Shown in pieces: positions 45,447-50,607 of a stretch of 50,607 bases of DNA. The stretch is taken from NCBI GenBank assembly GCA_038087875.1, contig CM075990.1, positions 12,028,001-12,078,607 on the forward strand. The letters are read 5' to 3'. The translations under genes were made by a program, and so were the position numbers. The stretch is from Malacoraja senta (Eukaryota). Below the pieces are notes generated by a model. That model was given only the letters and a program-made list of their open reading frames with translations, was not told the DNA's origin and ran no database searches. How positions within the stretch are numbered: position 1 is the stretch's first letter; every line of letters starts with the position of its first letter.

Positions 45447-45647
45447 AGAGCCTGTCCCACTTTCACGACCTAATTCACGACATTTTTTACTTGTGGACAT
45501 TTTTCATCAGGCTTAAAATAACGGATGCCACGAGTACCTACGACTAGCATCACGACCTACCGACCTACCTACGACCTCGTGTCGACCATGCTGCGAGTAT
45601 GAGTCAAGGGCAAACTCGGCAGAGGTCGTGAAAGTGGGACAGGCCCT
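45447..45647. mobile_element. PIF/Harbinger-type MITE, family A (inverted, internally deleted)
   Basis: AGAGCCTGTCCCACTTTCACGACC / GGTCGTGAAAGTGGGACAGGCCCT followed by TAA. Confidence 0.85.
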
Positions 45648-45805
45648 TAAGTGTCTGATCGAGTCTGGGTGGAATTGATAACAGTGTGGAGAGAATAAAC
45701 TTGGATTAGGTTAGTGCAGGATTAATATATATGGTCAGCATGGACTTGATGGGCCAAAGGACCTGTTTCCATGCTGTTTCTCTCTATCTACAGCCCTGCA
45801 ATAAT

Positions 45806-45934
45806 GTCGGAAGGGTCTCGACCCGAAACGTCACCCATTCCTTCTCTCCAGAGATGCTGCCTGTCCCGCTGTGTTACACCAGCTTTTTGTGTCAATCTTC
45901 AGTTTAAACCAGCATCTGCAGTGCCTTCCTCCAC
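45806..45934 (+). mobile_element. Penelope-like unit
   Basis: GAAGGGTCTCGACCCGAAACGTCACC...tail. Confidence 0.75.
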
Positions 45935-46116
45935 ATGTATTCCTAGCGTGCTGGGCTGATGTTCATGGGTCAAGAAATTCAGCGGCCAACTGTTGGTGTT
46001 GGTTCGGGAGGCTGAGTCCTCATTAGACACGAGACTTTAAGGAGTGAAGTTGACAGGCATTTCCACACAATAGGTTGTCGAAATAAAGAAAGCATCCCTG
46101 AGTACCCATTAGAAAA

Positions 46117-46285
46117 AAAGGAACTACACGTGCTGGTTTACAGAGAAAAAAGACGCAACATGCTGGAATAACTCAGCAGGTCAGGCAACATCCCTGGAGA
46201 AGAAGGGTCGCGACGCGAAATGTCGCCTATATTCTCCAGAGATGCTGCCTGACCCTGCCGATTTACTCCAGCACTTTGTGTCTTT
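46117..46285. mobile_element. Penelope-like inverted pair
   Basis: Tail on the left arm; right arm ends TGTGTCT. Confidence 0.68.
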
Positions 46286-47240
46286 TCACGAGTAACTGTT
46301 GATATCCAAGAATGTTCCGAATATTACAGACACTTGGAGTTGGCTCAATGATTGAAGTGGGCAATTGAAGGGCAGTGGGGTGGGGGGAGGGGCAGTGGGA
46401 AAAGGTGTCCATTTGTTCCAGTGTTCTGTTGGAAAGTTGTTGGCTTTCATCTTGTGAAATGTTCTGGCTGTACGAACAATGATGAGAACATCAGTTCCAA
46501 GATCTGACCGAGTCTTCTATTTATAATGCATGTAAGAAGAAGAATATTGCCTGGGAGTGATTCGAAGGTCCAGATTGAAAGCGTGAAGGAAGTGGCAAGC
46601 TGAGAGCGAAATTACTTTCAATTGTCCTCTGAGATGGGATATTACCACGTCGATTTTTGTGGTTTAACGCTCGAAGCAGATATCACAGGGATGAACGCCG
46701 GGAATTCAGGTGCAGAGATCAAAGAAGCCAATTTGCAATCCCACTATTTTTCTCAGCATCCTCGCCTCCACTCTCGAGTTCCCCTCAATGCGTTCTTGAC
46801 TCATTCATCTGTGTCCTTGGGGAATTAAATTCTAAACTTCACCCTCACCGTACCAACTTCAATGTGCCGTCTTTGCACCTTGCAGCTTGTACCGTGTGTT
46901 TGAGAATGAACGATAAGACTTTAAACGCGAACGGGATAATCAGTTCACCTTTAGTATCTTGATTGTGGAGCAGTATACTTAATTCACAGATAAACTCTTG
47001 ATAATGGGATTCCTTGTTCAATGCTGTGATTAAGAAAATAAATTATAAGTTATCTTTTACTGTTTCCTGTTTATCTTTTACCCACTCTTGAGATACAACT
47101 GCTGCGATTTCAATGGAAGATTTTATCACTCTGAATGCTGAGACAACTGATTAGCAATAATTGACATGTCCGCTGGTGTAATGTACCATTTGTCCTGGGA
47201 CCACTCTATGAGCAAAGTCCATACACACTGGTCAAACCTC

Positions 47241-47741
47241 AACGAGAGAAAGTGATTGTCGTCTCTTGACCCAATTAATATTTGCTTTGTTTTAAGTCAG
47301 AAGTTAAAAAAAAAAAGAATATGATGCAGGTCTTTGTGGCATGTATCCTCTGGGGTGGCACGGTGGCGCAGCGATAGAGCCACTGCCTTACAGCGCCAGA
47401 GACCCGGGTTCGATCCTGATCACGGGTGCTTGTCTATACGGCGTTTGTACGTTCTCCCTGTCTCCCTTTTCTCCGGGATCTCCGGTTTCCTCCCATGCTT
47501 CAAAGACCTACAGATTTTTAGGTTAATTGGCTTGGTCAAATTGTAAACTGTCCCCAGTGTGTGCCGGATAGTGTTAGTGTGCTGGTCGGCCCAGCCGAAG
47601 GGCCAGTTTCCACGCTGTATCTCTAAACTAAACGAGAGATAATTATTGAAGGCAGCATTGTCCTATCTTGATCTAATTAATATTTGCTTTGTTTTAAGTC
47701 TGAAGTTTAAAAAAAATGAACATGATGCAGATCTTTGTGGC
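47241..47741 (+). repeat. ~100-bp direct repeat (47241-47340 and 47631-47741) flanking an HE1 SINE
   Basis: AACGAGAGA...AATTAATATTTGCTTTGTTTTAAGTC.GAAGTT..ATGATGCAG.TCTTTGTGGC occurs twice. Confidence 0.85.
47352..47632 (+). mobile_element. HE1-type V-SINE
   Basis: GGTGGCACGGTGGCGCAGCG head; GGTTCGATCC B-box. Confidence 0.88.
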
Positions 47742-47756
47742 GCGTGTGATGTCTTA

Positions 47757-48360
47757 AAGCCCTGTCTCACGAGTCTGCGGTCTATGGCGGCGAAACGGGA
47801 GGAATCTGCCGCCATAGACCGCGCACTCGTGAGAAAGTACAATTCCCGGGCCGTGCGGCGGTGTTCCCAACACCGCGCGGTGCTAAAATAAAATTGACAA
47901 TGTCCAAAACACTATACTCACCGCGCAACCTCCACCAGTGATGCACAAGTGCGGCACGGCCGCTCGCACGGGCCGCCGCCAGTGTGGGTCGAGCGCCGTG
48001 CGTCAAACCTCCTCTGCCACAGCCTCCGCCAGTGACGCACGTGCCGCCGCCAGTGAGGCACGTGTGCTGCACGGCCGCAGGCACAGCCACCGCTACAGCG
48101 CCGCGATCAGGATGGCCGCCGCCACAGCCGCCGCTGGTGAGTCACGTGCGGCGGGCCGACGTCATCGCAGTCGGCCCGCCCTTTTTTTACTTACCGCAAG
48201 CACGTGGGACCCGCCGTGTTTGAATTAACTCGGCCCCCGCGCAGCATCCGTGCGGCGCTCCGTTGGATAGGCTCGACGCTCTCGCCATTGCCGCGCGGTC
48301 CTAGCTACCGGCGACGCCGCGCATCACCGCCGATGACCGCAAACAGGTAAGACAGAGCCT
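47757..48360. mobile_element. GC-rich Harbinger-like MITE, family F
   Basis: Termini AAGCCCTGTC / GACAGAGCCT; TTA TSD at 47754-47756 and 48361-48363. Confidence 0.87.
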
Positions 48361-48659
48361 TTAACCCCAGTATCCACTGGATCACAAGCTGAGTCTCTTG
48401 TGCATTTGGATGTGCATGCTGAGAAGTCATGCAGGAATTGCAAAGACAATACGGTGCGCTGTAGAGAGAGCTTGGATATGATTTAGGAACTGTAAACCCA
48501 CAGCTTTGCAACAGCAGTAAAGTGGTTAAGATAATGCATTATCTTGTAGGATAAAGGTAAGTGTTTAGTTAAAATGTCACAGCCAATGTGTCCGAAAATG
48601 AATCTTGTTTCTTGCAAGCACTGCATTATTGATGGAGGACTGCAATCTAATTATCATCC

Positions 48660-49100
48660 ATGGCTCACAGGTAGTACTCCTGCCTCTTGAGTGCAAGGGT
48701 CGTGGGTTCAATACCCTTGACCTCCCAATGAGCATTGATGCTCCAGGCTGGTGCTGACAATGCAGAGTCGGAGCTGTTGACGGAAGACAGACCAAATGTT
48801 GGAGTAGCTCAGCGGGACAGGCAGCATCTCTGGATAAAAGGAGTGGGTGACGTTTCGGGTCGAGACCCCTCTTGGGACGCGTCTTCTTCTGAGGAAGGGT
48901 TTCGACCCGAAACGCCACCCATTCGTTCCATCCAGAGATGCTGCCTGTCCCGCTGAGTCACTTCAGCATTTTGTCTATCTTTGGTTTAAACCAGCATCTG
49001 CAGTTCCTTCCTGCACTACCTTTTGATGGAGATATTTTGTCAAATCATTTCAACTGGATGTCAAACATCTTATGCCGTGATTTGCAGAGTCTTGGCAAAT
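48660..49100 (+). mobile_element. Old SacSINE1/DeuSINE-like relic split by a PLE pair
   Basis: TGGCTCACAGGTAGTACTCCTGCCTCTTGAGT..GTGGGTTCAA tRNA-like head. Confidence 0.55.
48784..49012. mobile_element. Penelope-like inverted pair
   Basis: Minus arm then CTGAGGAAGGGTTTCGACCCGAAACGCC plus tail. Confidence 0.77.
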
Positions 49101-49104
49101 CTTG

Positions 49105-49228
49105 AGTCTGAAGAAGGGTCCCGACCTGAAACGCTGCCTGCCCATTCCCTCCCCAGATGCTGCCTGACCTGCTGAGTTCCTCCCACACTTTGGGCTTTGC
49201 TCAAGATTTCAGCATCTGCAGTTCCTTC
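49105..49228 (+). mobile_element. Penelope-like unit, divergent
   Basis: AGTCTGAAGAAGGGTCCCGACCTGAAAC. Confidence 0.72.
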
Positions 49229-49299
49229 AGGCTCCACTGTAAATGGCTTTCTGGTGAAGTGAAGCAGTGTGAATGGCTCTAATGTAAATGTGAGTCAGA

Positions 49300-49452
49300 G
49301 AGCCATACAGCACAGAAACAGCCATTCAGCCCAACTTGCCTCTGCTGACCAAGATGTCCCATCCATGCTTGTCCCACCTGCCCGCTTTTGGCCCATGCCC
49401 CTCAAAACCTTTCCTATCCATGAACATGTCCAAATGTTTATTTTAAATGTTG
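49300..49452 (-). mobile_element. CR1 tail
   Basis: ATACAGCACAGAAACAGCCATTCAGCCCAAC. Confidence 0.65.
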
Positions 49453-49473
49453 TTGTAGAGGTTTGCTTTTACT

Positions 49474-49791
49474 TAGTTTAGTCCAGGGAGATGCATCATG
49501 GGAGCAGACCCTTTGGTCCATCGAGTCTGTTCCGACCATTGATCACCCGCACACTAGTTCCACGTTGTCCCATTTTCGTATCCTGCGCACTCGGGTCAAC
49601 TTGCAAAAACCAATTAACCTACAAACCCGTGCATCGTTGGAAAGTGGGAGGAAACCGGAGCTCCCGGAGAAAACCCACGCGGTCACGGAGAACGTGCAAA
49701 CTCCGCACAGACGGCACCCGTAGTATGGATCGAACGCGGGGTCCCTGGCGCTGTGGGGCAGCAACTCTACTCTTGCGTCACCGTGCCGCCC
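49474..49791 (-). mobile_element. Divergent HE1-type V-SINE
   Basis: CACCGTGCCGCCC is the head on the minus strand. Confidence 0.8.
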
Positions 49792-50395
49792 TGCTATGAA
49801 CCAATCTGGGCGTTGTCAATTCTTCATTGTAAAGATTCTTCATCTTTACCTGTATTATTCTTGTAGATAGTCTGGTGGTGAGAGTGTTTAGAACATCATA
49901 TGTACCTACATCTCTCATTACATTTGGAAACATTCCTTGCGTGCCGTAATGCCTTTGTGGTCTTTATTTATTTTTCCTTATGTGGCTGATGTCGTCTTGT
50001 TGCAAATTCAACCCCTTGTTTTGCCAGTGCAGTCATTTGAGAAGATTGAGCTGTCTGCACTGGGATGTATCAGCCCATACTTAGTGTGAAACAGAGCTTG
50101 AAGACTTCAGCTAAATTGAAACCAAGTGTTGGTTTCTAAACCATTACCCCTGATCCGAATACAGAAATATTGCAAAATGGTTATTGGTCCATTAGTCAGC
50201 ACCCTTCCGAGAAGGCAGCCTGACATGAGACAACATACAAGACCAAATATGCCGAGTCCCTCGCAGTAGGATATACAACAATTTAGTAGGAAAACAAAAG
50301 ACAGCAGACGTTGGAAATATCCACCGGACCAGCCAGCAACTGCGGAGAGAGTACCAGTTTTTTGTCTCATGTCGGCGAAGGCACCAACCTCCAGT

Positions 50396-50523
50396 AAGGA
50401 AAGAACTCCAGATGCTGGCTTACTCCGAAGATAGACACAAAATGCTGGAGTAACTCAGCGGGTCAGGCAGCAACTCTGGAGAAATGAAATAGGTGGCGTT
50501 TCAGGTCGAGACCCATTTTCAGA
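50396..50523 (-). mobile_element. Penelope-like unit
   Basis: AGATGCTGG..GATAGACACAAAATGCTGGAGTAACTCAGC. Confidence 0.72.
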
Positions 50524-50607
50524 TTGTGTGCCGTTTCTCTACAACATAGCTTGAGGCGGTTCAGCCCATCACGTCTGTGCCAGATCTCAGAGCATTGCCA
50601 TCGGTCC

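Noticed and set aside
48549-48562. Strong donor AAG|GTAAGT
   Set aside because: The longer upstream frames checked contain stops; only an unsupported 7-nt exon would fit

Overview
Repeat-dense, apparently gene-free (intronic or intergenic) vertebrate DNA. The repeat set (HE1-type tRNA-derived V-SINEs, HER1/CR1 LINEs, SacSINE1/DeuSINE relics) points to a cartilaginous fish, most likely a skate or ray; this is recognition from memory, not a database result. No host protein-coding exon could be supported. The only recognisable protein sequences are broken retrotransposon ORF2 fragments (L1, CR1, Rex1/Babar). Contents: about 26 HE1 SINEs, about 16 CR1 fragments, about 13 Rex1/Babar fragments, 3 L1 insertions with TSDs, 2 Gypsy-like LTR pieces, and 10 PIF/Harbinger-type MITEs of several families sharing one terminus and TWA TSDs. 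The most interesting component is about 35 loci of a ~130-bp Penelope-like (PLE) pLTR-derived element. Its 5' end is a minimal type I hammerhead ribozyme motif (CTGAAGA-A-GGGT-NNNN-ACCC-GAAACGTH) whose helix III is the palindrome ACGT, so it could only fold as a dimer. These units often occur as inverted pairs pivoting on the ribozyme with a consistent tail asymmetry, including a 183-bp near-perfect palindrome at 42901-43083. Repeat boundaries were read by eye and are approximate (about +/-10 bp) unless a TSD is quoted.
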